From contig OZ242274.1 in NCBI GenBank assembly GCA_965207375.1, positions 960,001 to 1,024,000 on the forward strand: a DNA stretch of 64,000 nt. The letters run 5' to 3'. This stretch comes from Nitrosopumilaceae archaeon (GTDB lineage: Archaea; Thermoproteota; Nitrososphaeria; Nitrososphaerales; Nitrosopumilaceae). The notes below the pieces were generated by a model, which did not search any database, was not told the DNA's origin, and saw only the letters and a list, made by a program, of their open reading frames with translations. The translations under genes were made by a program, and so were the position numbers. Positions 20,880-31,332 of this stretch are shown piece by piece. Positions within the stretch are counted from its first letter, which is position 1, and each line of letters opens with the position of its first letter.

Positions 20880-21791
20880 GTGACACCTAGTCTTGCAACT
20901 TTTATTGGAACCATTCATTTGCAAAGGCCTACTGTATTGGCATCTGGAATACTGGGAATATCGTTAGACGTTTTTTCTAGATTATACCAGGCAGGAGCAG
21001 GTGCTGTAGTGACCAAATCTCTAAGCAGTGAGCCTTGGCAGGGGTATCCAAATCCTACAATTTTCAGTGTAAAGGGTGGAGGCTGGATTAATGCCGTGGG
21101 TCTTTCTAATCCCGGAGCCAAAAATTTTGCACAAATGATTGAACCAAATCAAGACGTCCCAATTATTGTTAGTCTAGTAGGTTCTGTAGCGTCTGACTTT
21201 GAATCGATGATCAAAGAATTTAACAACTGTAATGTGACTGCATATGAAATCAATCTCTCCTGTCCTCATGTGGCAAAGGTCGGATTAGATGTAGGAGACG
21301 ATCCAGATCTTGTAACTCAGATAATTTCTTCCATCAAAAAAACAACAAACACTCCAATTCTAGCAAAGGTTGGCTTAGGAACCACACATTACATCAATAC
21401 TGTAAAATCTGCAATTGAGGGAGGTGCAGACGGCATTACTGCAATTAATACCATTAGAGCAATGGCAATTGATGCAGAAACTCAAAGACCTATACTGTCT
21501 AACAAGATTGGTGGATTGTCTGGAACTCCTATAAAACCTATAGCCTTGAGATGTGTGTTTGAAATTGCATCAAAATATGATGTTCCAATTGTAGGCTGTG
21601 GTGGCATATCTACCTGGGAGGACGCAGTAGAATTTATTTTGGCTGGTGCATCTGCTGTTCAGCTTGGCAGTGCAATAGGCGACAACTGGATTCAAACATT
21701 TAATGAAATAAACACCGGAATTTCTAACTATATGACACGTAAAGGATATTCAGAAATCAAAGAGATGGTAGGCATTGCACAGAGATCCTAA
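20880..21791 (+). CDS. pyrD: Dihydroorotate dehydrogenase catalytic subunit
   Basis: NAVGLSNPG, INLSCPH and GGLSG motifs. Confidence 0.95.
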   Translation: MTPSLATFIGTIHLQRPTVLASGILGISLDVFSRLYQAGAGAVVTKSLSSEPWQGYPNPTIFSVKGGGWINAVGLSNPGAKNFAQMIEPNQDVPIIVSLVGSVASDFESMIKEFNNCNVTAYEINLSCPHVAKVGLDVGDDPDLVTQIISSIKKTTNTPILAKVGLGTTHYINTVKSAIEGGADGITAINTIRAMAIDAETQRPILSNKIGGLSGTPIKPIALRCVFEIASKYDVPIVGCGGISTWEDAVEFILAGASAVQLGSAIGDNWIQTFNEINTGISNYMTRKGYSEIKEMVGIAQRS

Positions 21792-22587
21792 CTGCCACAC
21801 TATAGTTACAATTGAAAAAGTGATCAACGAATCACCTACAGTTAGAACTCTGGTGTTTTCTGATGATGTAATGTGTAATGTATTGCCTGGTCAATTTGCC
21901 ATGGTTTGGATTCCTGGCATCAATGAACTGCCCATGAGTGTTATGATTTCAAAAGAGACAGGCAAGGCAGCATTTACTGTAAGAAAACATGGTCCTGCCT
22001 CAACTGGACTTTACAATGTACAGGTTGGAGAACAAATTGGAATTCGTGGACCCTATGGAAATTCTTTTGATTTAAAATCTGGAAAGCTGTTACTGGTGGG
22101 TGGGGGTACCGGTCTTGTGCCGTTGGTTCGCCTGTTAACAACTGTAAAACCAACCGATGATATTACGGTTCTAATTGGTGCAAGAACCAAAGAAGAGGTA
22201 TTTTTTGAATCCCTGGTACATGAACTGCTTGCAGACAATTCACATACCGTCATTGTCTCAACCGAAGATGGAACATATGGTGAGACCGGATTTGTAACAA
22301 AAGTTGTTGACAAATTAACTCAACATACAAAATTTGACGGCGTATATACTTGCGGACCTGAAATTATGATGTATAAAATCATACAGATGGCACACTCTAG
22401 GGGAATGTTTGCACAGGCAAGTCTTGAGCGAATGATGAAGTGTGGTGTTGGAATTTGTGGCAGCTGCTGTGCAGGTCCTGACCTAGTGTGTCGTGACGGA
22501 ACCGTATTTGATGGGGATCATCTAATGTCAAACCAAGAATTTGGCCACACCTACAGAAACAAGGCTGGAATACTTGAGAATTATTGA
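21775..22587 (+). CDS. pyrK: Dihydroorotate dehydrogenase electron transfer subunit
   Basis: PGQF, RGPYG, GGGTG, CGPEIM and MKCGVGICGSC motifs. Confidence 0.93.
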   Translation: MHRDPNCHTIVTIEKVINESPTVRTLVFSDDVMCNVLPGQFAMVWIPGINELPMSVMISKETGKAAFTVRKHGPASTGLYNVQVGEQIGIRGPYGNSFDLKSGKLLLVGGGTGLVPLVRLLTTVKPTDDITVLIGARTKEEVFFESLVHELLADNSHTVIVSTEDGTYGETGFVTKVVDKLTQHTKFDGVYTCGPEIMMYKIIQMAHSRGMFAQASLERMMKCGVGICGSCCAGPDLVCRDGTVFDGDHLMSNQEFGHTYRNKAGILENY

Positions 22588-22735
22588 TTTCTTGTAAAGA
22601 TTAGATTCATCACGCCTACATGTTTATTTTTAGGTACAATCTTACAAATCCATCATGTCGGATCCAGACTCTTACCTGATCTTTTCTAGCAAGGTTTAAA
22701 ATGAATTAAAAAATTAGTGCGATGAAGGATAAGAT

Positions 22736-24460
22736 ATGGGTACCCCTAAGATTGTATTAACTGCAGATCGTACTTTGATGTCCCCATATAGACATCTGTC
22801 ATTGGCAACATTTTTTGGTTGTGCACCTGCCCTTGATCCAAACAGAGACAAGAATAGTTTTTGGTACAAAATTCTCAAAAATCAGGTGACTCCAAAAATA
22901 CTGTTTGATTTTATCTGTAATTATATTCCACATACTGACGGTGTGGCAAATTATGCCCCGTATGGATTGCGAAAGGTAGAGGCGGGCCTGCTACGTGATG
23001 GTTTCAAACGCAATGAGGTGGTAGTGGCTCACCCTGATCACATTGAAAAATTCATTGGACCTCAAACCGAAGTGGTTGGCACCTATGAGATGGATCCACT
23101 TGGTATGGGACCTGTAACTATGACATTTACTTATGGTCGTAAGCAAATATCTTACGATGAATTTTACAATGCAGAACTACACCGTAGAATAAATACTGCT
23201 AAACAAAAGACTGGAAGCCATGCCAAGGTAATTGCGGGAGCATCTGGTACTTGGCAATACAACTATGCACCTGAAAAAATTGAGGAATATGGTTTGTATG
23301 CAATATTGGAAGGTGAACTAGGTGGCATTGCACCCGAAATTGATGGACATGCAGGACGCTTTTTCAACTATCTGATCAATGGTGACTTTGAAAATATGGA
23401 TCCATTTAGAAAGCGTAGCGACTTTAAGGTAAACATTAAAGAATTTCAAAGAAATGAGGAAAAACTTCATGGAAGATTTGTCAACTTTTGGGATAGGCCT
23501 GACTTGGATGAGATTCCTGAAATTGTTGAGCCTAGCATGCATGGTATGATAGAAGTAATGCGTGGTTGCGGCAGAGGATGCAAGTTTTGTGATGTGACAT
23601 TGAGGTCATTAAGATACTATCCTCCAGAAAAGGTCAAAAAAGAAATTGAGGTTAATCTCAAAAAAGGAGGAGAAAAATCTGCTTGGGTACACAGTGATGA
23701 TATTTTCGTTTACGGTATGGATCCGCGTACCTCAAAAGGCATGGAACCTAATCGTGAAGCATTGGAGGAATTATTTACTGCAATCATGTCTACTGGTATA
23801 GAACACACAAATCCTACTCACGGAACACTTGCAGGTGCAATTGCAGATGAAAAACTCATTCCTAATTTATCTAAAATCATTCGCTCTGGCCCTGATAACA
23901 TGACTGGGGTTCAGGCAGGATTTGAAACCGGCAGTTTAAGATTAATCAACAAATACGCAGATAGAAAACTGGCCCCATACAAACCAGAAGAATGGCACTG
24001 GGTAGTAAAGGAAGGAATCAAGACGTTGAATGAAAACTATTGGGTTCCTGCATTTACTTTGATTATGGGTCTAGACAACGATGAAACCCCTGAAGACTCT
24101 TGGGAAACTATACGAATTATACATGAAGTAGAGCAAGAACAGCCAGATTCAATGTTTACAACAACTCCTTTGACATTTGTTCCAATTGGATTGTTGGAAA
24201 AATCTGACTTTTTCAATATAGGAAATGAGATGGATCCAGCACAATTAGGTGTCATGTACAAGACTTGGCAGCATAACTTCAAGTACGGTATTCAGAAATT
24301 TATGACAAAAACAGGAGGAAAAGGGCCTCAAAGATACTTTTTTAACATGATTGCTCGTTCCTTAGGCGGTGTTCCATTGGGTGCCATGGAAAGATATGCC
24401 AGAAAGAAGGGAAGAGAACACGAGCGTGTAATTGAGAAGATAAAGACCAAGTATTACTAG
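22736..24460 (+). CDS. Radical SAM protein, probable GDGT ring synthase (Grs) family
   Basis: CxxxCxxC in RGCGRGCKFC; N-terminal LTADRTLMS, APYGLRKVEA and MDPLG motifs resemble Grs as recalled. Confidence 0.7.
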   Translation: MGTPKIVLTADRTLMSPYRHLSLATFFGCAPALDPNRDKNSFWYKILKNQVTPKILFDFICNYIPHTDGVANYAPYGLRKVEAGLLRDGFKRNEVVVAHPDHIEKFIGPQTEVVGTYEMDPLGMGPVTMTFTYGRKQISYDEFYNAELHRRINTAKQKTGSHAKVIAGASGTWQYNYAPEKIEEYGLYAILEGELGGIAPEIDGHAGRFFNYLINGDFENMDPFRKRSDFKVNIKEFQRNEEKLHGRFVNFWDRPDLDEIPEIVEPSMHGMIEVMRGCGRGCKFCDVTLRSLRYYPPEKVKKEIEVNLKKGGEKSAWVHSDDIFVYGMDPRTSKGMEPNREALEELFTAIMSTGIEHTNPTHGTLAGAIADEKLIPNLSKIIRSGPDNMTGVQAGFETGSLRLINKYADRKLAPYKPEEWHWVVKEGIKTLNENYWVPAFTLIMGLDNDETPEDSWETIRIIHEVEQEQPDSMFTTTPLTFVPIGLLEKSDFFNIGNEMDPAQLGVMYKTWQHNFKYGIQKFMTKTGGKGPQRYFFNMIARSLGGVPLGAMERYARKKGREHERVIEKIKTKYY

Positions 24461-24496
24461 GCAAATACATAAATTTACTTTGAATGGTTTCTAATT

Positions 24497-24679
24497 ATGG
24501 CAACTCACGGATCTCTTACAAAAGCAGGTAAAGTAAGGGGACAAACTCCAAAAGTAGAGGGAAGAAAAAGAGTGGGAACTAGCTCTAGTCTAAGAAATAA
24601 GAGTAATTTTAAGAAAAGATTTTCTCTAAATCGAGTGCCTGGACAAAACAAACCCGGCCAAAGAAGAAAGAGACGTTAA
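24497..24679 (+). CDS. rps30e: 30S ribosomal protein S30e
   Basis: HGSLTKAGKVRGQTPKV. Confidence 0.96.
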   Translation: MATHGSLTKAGKVRGQTPKVEGRKRVGTSSSLRNKSNFKKRFSLNRVPGQNKPGQRRKRR

Positions 24680-24899
24680 CTGCATTGATTTGTGAACAGG
24701 TCTCATACACTTGAATTAAAAATTACAGGTTTTGATATTTTATATCATATGGCTATTGCCTAAATTTGACAAATTTTAGATTCTGAATAGTTTTCATTCA
24801 GTCATCTAAGACGATTCACAGAACTGACTGATTACGAATCAATCATTGCGTACATTTTTGTTCATATGTGTAATATCTTGTTGAAACCACGTACACACT

Positions 24900-25668
24900 C
24901 GTCGTAGATTTTTCAGACACAAAATTTTCATGTATGTTCAAAAATTAGACATAGAATCAGATATGACCTGAGTGTGTATGCCTGATCCCTGTCTACCATC
25001 TTTGTTTAGGTATCTACTTTGTAGACTTTTTAGTAATCATGCCCTGATCAAGTAAATTAGATGATAACAGTCACCCAATGATTGCATTAAGATTAAGATG
25101 AAATACTCTGGTGGATACTAAGTTTGTACGATGTGATACCATCAGGGCAGTTAGACATGAACTTTCCTTAATCTTAATCAGTGCACAAATCAAGTCAAGA
25201 TAGACCGCAAGTATCAGGATAATCCATCCTGTGGTCTGGAAACTTACATAGATGATGATAGTAAAGAGGATTCACGCAAATGTAAACACGGTACAACGTG
25301 TCAGGATTGCAAGCCAGAAAAGCCAAGTGAAAAATATATTGGATTTGCTGCTAACTCAAACGAACTAGATGTTGCAGCATACATGAAAAGATGGGGAATT
25401 GAAACAGTGTACCGCATGATTGAGGATCTTCGAGTCAAAACTCACAGTACTGTATCCTAGTGCAAGATTGCTGTGTTTTACAGCATCGATCATACTGTAT
25501 AATCAATGGGTGGTAATTAATGCAGAATCTGGTTTTGGATTGAATGACTCTAAATGGTGTGGAATTTCATTTGTCACACTTTTTAAAATTACAATTATAT
25601 CAAAATATCAGATCAATCCAAAGCCTCCGCCGGATATTACAGCAGATTCTGCGTTGCTGGTGGGTTAA
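24900..25668 (+). pseudogene. Degraded IS4-superfamily (ISH3-like) transposase remnant; left boundary approximate
   Basis: IGFAAN...AYMKRWGIETVYRMIEDLRVKTHS at about 25340-25450, frameshifting into ARLLCFTASIILYNQW; stops upstream. Confidence 0.7.
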
Positions 25669-25894
25669 CTGTTGATTAACGGAACGAAAGTATATTACAA
25701 CTATACCAAAAAGCACGGTTCACTTGAAAGAAAAACCCCAGCAGAACAAGCCATGATCAAAGTTGATGGTAAGAACAAATGGATTACGCTTATTCAAAAC
25801 GCCTCACTTTACAAGGAAAATTCAGTTTAGGTCTCTAACCTAACAGAACCCACATTAGACACACTTATAACGTACTAGTACCGTACTATACGGT

Positions 25895-27118
25895 ATGGAT
25901 ATAGCAAAATTCGATTTATCAGACCTCGAAGGCGTAGGTCCGGTAACCAAGAAAAAACTAGAAGATGCAGGAATCAATACCATGATGGATCTAATTGTCA
26001 GAGGTCCAGTGGAACTTGAAGAAATTTCCAGCATGACTTCTGAGACGTGTGAGAAAATAGTCACTCATGCACGTAAACAACTAATAGAATCAGGATCACT
26101 TGCAAAAGAATTTTCTACGGCTTCTGAGATTTACACTAGACGCAAGTCCATTGGTAAAATCAGCACTGCCACTGATGCATTAGATGAGCTATTCGGCGGC
26201 GGTATTGAAACTCAAGCAGTCACCGAAGTATATGGTGAATTCGGATCTGGTAAAACACAACTTTGTCACACTCTGTGTGTCAGTACCCAAAAACCAAAAG
26301 AAGAGGGTGGACTTGACGGCAATGTGCTATACATTGACACTGAAGGCACATTTAGACCTGAAAGAATTGTATCAATTGCACAAGCACACAAGATGGATCC
26401 TGTCAAAGTACTTGATAGAATCATTGTTGCCCGTGCATACAACAGCTCTCATCAAATATTGATTCTAGAAGAGGCTGGAAAAATGATTCAAGAAGAAAAT
26501 ATCAAATTGATCGTTTCAGATTCCACAACTGGCTTGTTTAGAATGGAATATCTAGGACGTGGTACATTGGCATCCAGACAACAAAAGATTGGACGATACA
26601 TCCGATTACTGTCTAGAATCGCCGAAGCTTACAACTGTGCAGTTGTTGCAACAAACCAAGTATCCTCTAGTCCAGATTCATTCTTTGGAGATCCAACACG
26701 ACCTGTAGGTGGTAATGTCTTGGGTCATGCTAGCACATACAGAATCTACATCCGAAAGGGTGGAAAAAACAAACGTGTTGCAAAAATGGTTGATAGTCCT
26801 CACCATGCATTATCCGAAGCAGTATTTGAGCTAGGAGAAATGGGTGTACAAGATACCGAAGATCATCTAAAAAAGGTCGAAAAAGAATCTGTAAAAGCTG
26901 AGAAAGTTGCTGCTAAAGAAGCTGACAAGGCTGCCAAACAAGCAGAAAAAAAATCTACCAAAAAGACAAAACTTGATGTAACCGAATCACCGGTTGACAC
27001 TAATACGTCTGAAGAAATCATTAATACTGAATCAGCCCCTGCCCAAGAGATTCCAGAACCTGAATCTATTGGAAAAGTTGAAACAGAAATTGATGACTTT
27101 GACCCTCTAGAAGAATAA
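25895..27118 (+). CDS. radA: DNA repair and recombination protein RadA with charged C-terminal tail
   Basis: EVYGEFGSGKTQ, YIDTEGTFRPER and GGNVLGHAST motifs. Confidence 0.97.
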   Translation: MDIAKFDLSDLEGVGPVTKKKLEDAGINTMMDLIVRGPVELEEISSMTSETCEKIVTHARKQLIESGSLAKEFSTASEIYTRRKSIGKISTATDALDELFGGGIETQAVTEVYGEFGSGKTQLCHTLCVSTQKPKEEGGLDGNVLYIDTEGTFRPERIVSIAQAHKMDPVKVLDRIIVARAYNSSHQILILEEAGKMIQEENIKLIVSDSTTGLFRMEYLGRGTLASRQQKIGRYIRLLSRIAEAYNCAVVATNQVSSSPDSFFGDPTRPVGGNVLGHASTYRIYIRKGGKNKRVAKMVDSPHHALSEAVFELGEMGVQDTEDHLKKVEKESVKAEKVAAKEADKAAKQAEKKSTKKTKLDVTESPVDTNTSEEIINTESAPAQEIPEPESIGKVETEIDDFDPLEE

Positions 27119-27181
27119 TTCTTCTTTTTTCTTTATTTTTGTAAGTGTTAAAATAGGGTTCTCAGGGATCTCTAGTCAGAT

Positions 27182-27481
27182 ATGGCAACTAAGAAGACAT
27201 CTGGCCGTTCTCATGGATTCAGGCACAAGTCACGATCTGTAATGACAAAAAAGTCACCAAGAGGTGTTGCATTTTTACTGCGGGAATACAAACAAGGCCA
27301 ACAAGCACTAGTTATTATTGATCCACGCCAGCACAAGGGCTTACCACACCGACGTTATCATGGCAAAGTAGGCTTGATAACAAATGTTGATAGGCGTGCA
27401 GTCACATTAGATGTTAAATTAGGCAATAAAACCAAAACCTTAATCACTAGATATGACCATATCAAACCATTCGGTGTTTAA
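27182..27481 (+). CDS. rpl21e: 50S ribosomal protein L21e
   Basis: HKGLPHRRYHGKVG; position before rpo4. Confidence 0.93.
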   Translation: MATKKTSGRSHGFRHKSRSVMTKKSPRGVAFLLREYKQGQQALVIIDPRQHKGLPHRRYHGKVGLITNVDRRAVTLDVKLGNKTKTLITRYDHIKPFGV

Positions 27482-27483
27482 CA

Positions 27484-27810
27484 ATGGAAGAGGTAAAAAA
27501 GAAAAAAACAATTTCAGTTTCTGAAGTAAAAGAAATTCTTGGAAAAAGTGATCCAGAGTCAATGGATCAAATTCAACGATGGACATATGATTATGTTTCA
27601 AAGTTTGTAACCATTGATCCTGCCGATGCTAAAAAAATGAAGCAAAAATTAATCAAAGACTGTGAACTTACAGAAGAGGAAGCAGTTGAAATTGTAAACA
27701 TTAGGCCAACAACACTGGCTGAGCTTCGCTCATTTACATTTGGTTGGAAAAAACTCATCTTGGCAGAAACCCTTGAAAAAATGCTCAAAATAATCAAGGA
27801 GCATTCTTAA
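27484..27810 (+). CDS. rpo4: RNA polymerase subunit Rpo4 (RpoF)
   Basis: EIVNIRPTTLAELRS; conserved rpl21e-rpoF-DUF655-ksgA order. Confidence 0.9.
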   Translation: MEEVKKKKTISVSEVKEILGKSDPESMDQIQRWTYDYVSKFVTIDPADAKKMKQKLIKDCELTEEEAVEIVNIRPTTLAELRSFTFGWKKLILAETLEKMLKIIKEHS

Positions 27811-27830
27811 GTTTTTGAGATGATTTAATT

Positions 27831-28397
27831 TTGCAACAGGCCAACACATCACCTAGAAAGTATGAAGAATATGCGTATGTATTAGACTTTAATCCGCGTG
27901 GCAAATCCACTACAGTTAGAGGACGAGAAGGAATTATAATTACTGCAATAGGCGAAGACAGACTAACACTGCTTGAAATCTTGGGAGTTCCAAACTCTTC
28001 ATTTGATATAGTGGAACGCATCTATATCGGAAAAGAAGGGCGAACTAAAGTTTCATCAGTATTGGGTAAAATGGAATATGGAAATATCTCAAACCCTGCT
28101 CAAAATGAGCTTTCTAATGTAGTAGAAATTATAGTAGAAAATAATGAGGAAAAATTTGTCAGCTATCTAAATAACGCCAGACCTCTTACACCTAGAATTC
28201 ATGCACTTGAATTGATTCCAGGCATTGGAAAAACCTACATGAAAGCAATGCTTGATGAACGAGACAAGAAAAAATTTGAAAGCTATGAGGATTTGCAAGA
28301 ACGTATTGGATTCAAAGAACCAATAAAGCAAATCTCAAAACGCATCATGGAGGAAGTAACCGGAGAGACTAGAATGAATCTCTTCGTCAAGAGATGA
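27831..28397 (+). CDS. DUF655 putative RNA-binding protein
   Basis: EEYAYVLDF and RIHALELIPGIGK (HhH). Confidence 0.9.
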   Translation: MQQANTSPRKYEEYAYVLDFNPRGKSTTVRGREGIIITAIGEDRLTLLEILGVPNSSFDIVERIYIGKEGRTKVSSVLGKMEYGNISNPAQNELSNVVEIIVENNEEKFVSYLNNARPLTPRIHALELIPGIGKTYMKAMLDERDKKKFESYEDLQERIGFKEPIKQISKRIMEEVTGETRMNLFVKR

Positions 28398-29086
28398 ATA
28401 AAAGACAAAACCTAGGCCAACATTTTCTTACATCTCAAGTCATTGCCTCAAAAATTGTCCAGTCAGCTGATGTCTCTGCAAATGATGTCGTGCTAGAAAT
28501 TGGTACAGGACTTGGGATTTTAATTCCTAAGATGTGTCAAAATGCAAAAAAGGTAATCTCAATTGAGGCAGACAGGTCACTATACCTGACTGCCAAACAG
28601 AGCTTTGATTTTGATAATTTGGAATTGATCTGTGATGACGGATTCAAGACAAACAAAAAATTTTCTGTTTTTATTTCAAATCTTCCTTATTCAAAAAGCA
28701 AAACTGCAATAGAGTGGCTATCTCAGAGGCGATTTTTCTGCGCAATAATTATGGTACAATCAGAATTTGCCGACAAGTTATTTGAAAACAACAGAGCAGT
28801 TGCCATAATCGCAAACTATTGTTTTGAGATACAAAAAATAATCAAGGTAGGAAGGAATAATTTTTCTCCTGTGCCTAAAGTTGACTCTGTTGTGTTACGC
28901 CTAATACAAAAACACACTTTATCTTATGATATCATCAAAACAATAAATCTAATGTTCTCATATAGGCGTAAAACCGTATCTAATGTTTTAAAGAAATTTA
29001 ACATCTCTAATGATTCTAAACTACGACTCGAAGATCTAAGTGGAGATGACATAATCAATATTGCCAAACAAATTAGCAAGCAATGA
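28394..29086 (+). CDS. rsmA: 16S rRNA adenine dimethyltransferase KsgA/RsmA
   Basis: LGQHFL, LEIGTG.G, SNLPY and FSPVPKVDS motifs. Confidence 0.93.
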   Translation: MNKRQNLGQHFLTSQVIASKIVQSADVSANDVVLEIGTGLGILIPKMCQNAKKVISIEADRSLYLTAKQSFDFDNLELICDDGFKTNKKFSVFISNLPYSKSKTAIEWLSQRRFFCAIIMVQSEFADKLFENNRAVAIIANYCFEIQKIIKVGRNNFSPVPKVDSVVLRLIQKHTLSYDIIKTINLMFSYRRKTVSNVLKKFNISNDSKLRLEDLSGDDIINIAKQISKQ

Positions 29087-29609
29087 ATACATTCCTGCAG
29101 AAGACACCTTTTTTCTAGCAGATGGTATTGAGGCAGAATCAGGAACTAGTGCTCTAGATGTGGGTACAGGTTCGGGATATCTTGCCAAACTGCTTACAAA
29201 AAAATTTTCGTTTGTGGCAGGTACTGATATTAATTTTCAGGCACTGTCTAATCAAACTTACAAGATAGACAATCTAGTTTGCTGTCACGGTGCTAGTGCG
29301 TTTAATGTACAATTTGATTTGATAATTTGCAATCTACCTTATTTGGCAACTGATGAAATTTTAGATATTGCAACTGATGGGGGAAAAGACGGTCTAGAAA
29401 TTACCACAAAAATTATTGATACGATTCCCTCACAGCTAAAGCCTGGAGGAAAATTTCTTTTTATTACATCATCTCTGTCGAATTATCAAAAATTAATCCA
29501 GTATTGCCAAGGGTTGAAACTGCATGTGCGTGTAGTGTCTAAAAAAAAGTTATTTTTTGAGGAATTAATTCTAGTAGAGGCTAAAAAATCAACAAATTTA
29601 CAATTTTAA
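29061..29609 (+). CDS. HemK2/Mtq2-like protein methyltransferase
   Basis: YIPAEDT, LDVGTGSG, NLPYL and DGGKDG motifs. Confidence 0.88.
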   Translation: MPNKLASNEYIPAEDTFFLADGIEAESGTSALDVGTGSGYLAKLLTKKFSFVAGTDINFQALSNQTYKIDNLVCCHGASAFNVQFDLIICNLPYLATDEILDIATDGGKDGLEITTKIIDTIPSQLKPGGKFLFITSSLSNYQKLIQYCQGLKLHVRVVSKKKLFFEELILVEAKKSTNLQF

Positions 29610-29904
29610 TTTGTGATATGCCATGCCTAGCTTGTGTGCGATTGATATTTTTTTACACACATGATTTGTCAAATGTATCTTTTGTCAAGTCTTTTATGAT
29701 TGATATGTGCCTAGTATTGCTTTTGCTAGAGTTGTTGTAGAGCCGGTTATAGTGTGTCAGAGTTACTGTTTGATTGTTTTTTATTTGATGATGTTTTTTA
29801 TTAATCACTTTTTCAAATGAAAATCTTAACTTCTAAATCAAAAAAAAGCATGCCGTGATTCATTATCATCTCTTATATAACCAAAGACCATAAGGAGTAT
29901 AGAT

Positions 29905-31332
29905 ATGAATAAACCTATAATTTTGTCAATATCTTTGTTGATGGCCATGATCATGGTTTCAGCAGGAGTAACATATGCCCAAACTACCGGAGAAATTAAC
30001 GACAGTGTCATGATAGACATTGAACCAAAAGATAAGACAGTAGGGCCAATAGGTGTGACTGATGAGCTAACAAAGAAAATTAAAGAATTGAAGAATAATT
30101 ACAACAAAATAAAAGAAAATTTTGAGCAGCCCTTAAAATCAGATGATAAAATAAGGCAGCTAAAATCTGATTATATACAAAAGACCAGAGAGATAAATGA
30201 ACTGTTACATGTACCGCCTACAAGAGATTTTCTTGCAGAATGGGATGCACTTGATTTGCAAATAATGACTCTTGAGGAAAAGCAGGAATACGAGTACTCA
30301 GAATACAGGCAACAGAGCATAAATGAGCTGTATAAACAACTAGAATCACTAGATCAACAGAGCATAAATTCTATGAAATTAGAGCCTGCTGTAGAAAAAA
30401 AATTACTCAATATAGAACAAAAACTGTACAATAAATATTCAAACTATACCTCAAATACATACGTTGGAGAAAACTCGGTAGAATTTCCTTACATTGATTA
30501 CGAACAACAAAGAATAGTCCTTCTAATTGATGAAAATAATACTCTTACAGAATCTGACATGAATTCAATCTCAATTGCACATGATGTGATGAAGACATAC
30601 GGTACAAGTGACATATCAGTGGAATTTACAAGCATTGTAGAGCTCTCATGTTCTAAAGTTACTGATGACTGTGATCCTCTAATTGGCGGAATTGCACTTG
30701 CAAGAGATGATTCAAAAAACTCACTTGCTGGCACTGTTGGGTTTAGAGCAAAAGATAACAATGACAATGTGGGATTTGTAACTGCAGGACACGTAGTTCA
30801 ATTCAAAGATTCGACTAACACACAGATGCGACAACCTGTAGGAGGTTCTGTAGTAGGTACAATTCCGAGTAATGGTGATGATGTCTGTTATACGGGTGGA
30901 GGAGTAGACAAGAATGAAAGAACTAGTAATAATAAATCATGTGACTTTGCATTTGTAACGATGAAAAGTAATGTATCAATTTCTGATGACATATACAAGT
31001 CATCTAAAAGTACATATGACATCAATGATATGGCAGTAAAATCTGATCAAATACCTGGTAAATTACTAAAGTGGGTTGGTGCAACAAGTGGAGTAAATAC
31101 TGCAAAGATACACTCTTACTCTTCTACTTTAGACAGAGTAATTCTTACAAGTAATAATGCCGTTGTTGGCGGTGATAGCGGTGGACCTGTTTTCAAATCT
31201 ACTGTCGGAGCTAGAAATACATACAACGCTGAAATGTTTGGAATTATAATTAATGATCTTGGGAATAAACGTATTTTATTTGAGCCAACGCACAAAATTA
31301 TGGGTGAGTTAGATTTACAGACACACCATTGA
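29905..31332 (+). CDS. Secreted S1 (trypsin/alpha-lytic-like) serine protease with long pro-region
   Basis: Signal peptide; catalytic triad motifs VTAGH, CDFAFV and GGDSGGP. Confidence 0.85.
   Translation: MNKPIILSISLLMAMIMVSAGVTYAQTTGEINDSVMIDIEPKDKTVGPIGVTDELTKKIKELKNNYNKIKENFEQPLKSDDKIRQLKSDYIQKTREINELLHVPPTRDFLAEWDALDLQIMTLEEKQEYEYSEYRQQSINELYKQLESLDQQSINSMKLEPAVEKKLLNIEQKLYNKYSNYTSNTYVGENSVEFPYIDYEQQRIVLLIDENNTLTESDMNSISIAHDVMKTYGTSDISVEFTSIVELSCSKVTDDCDPLIGGIALARDDSKNSLAGTVGFRAKDNNDNVGFVTAGHVVQFKDSTNTQMRQPVGGSVVGTIPSNGDDVCYTGGGVDKNERTSNNKSCDFAFVTMKSNVSISDDIYKSSKSTYDINDMAVKSDQIPGKLLKWVGATSGVNTAKIHSYSSTLDRVILTSNNAVVGGDSGGPVFKSTVGARNTYNAEMFGIIINDLGNKRILFEPTHKIMGELDLQTHH

Noticed and set aside
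25895-27118. Intein in the long RadA
   Set aside because: The Walker A region is uninterrupted; the extra length is a charged C-terminal tail
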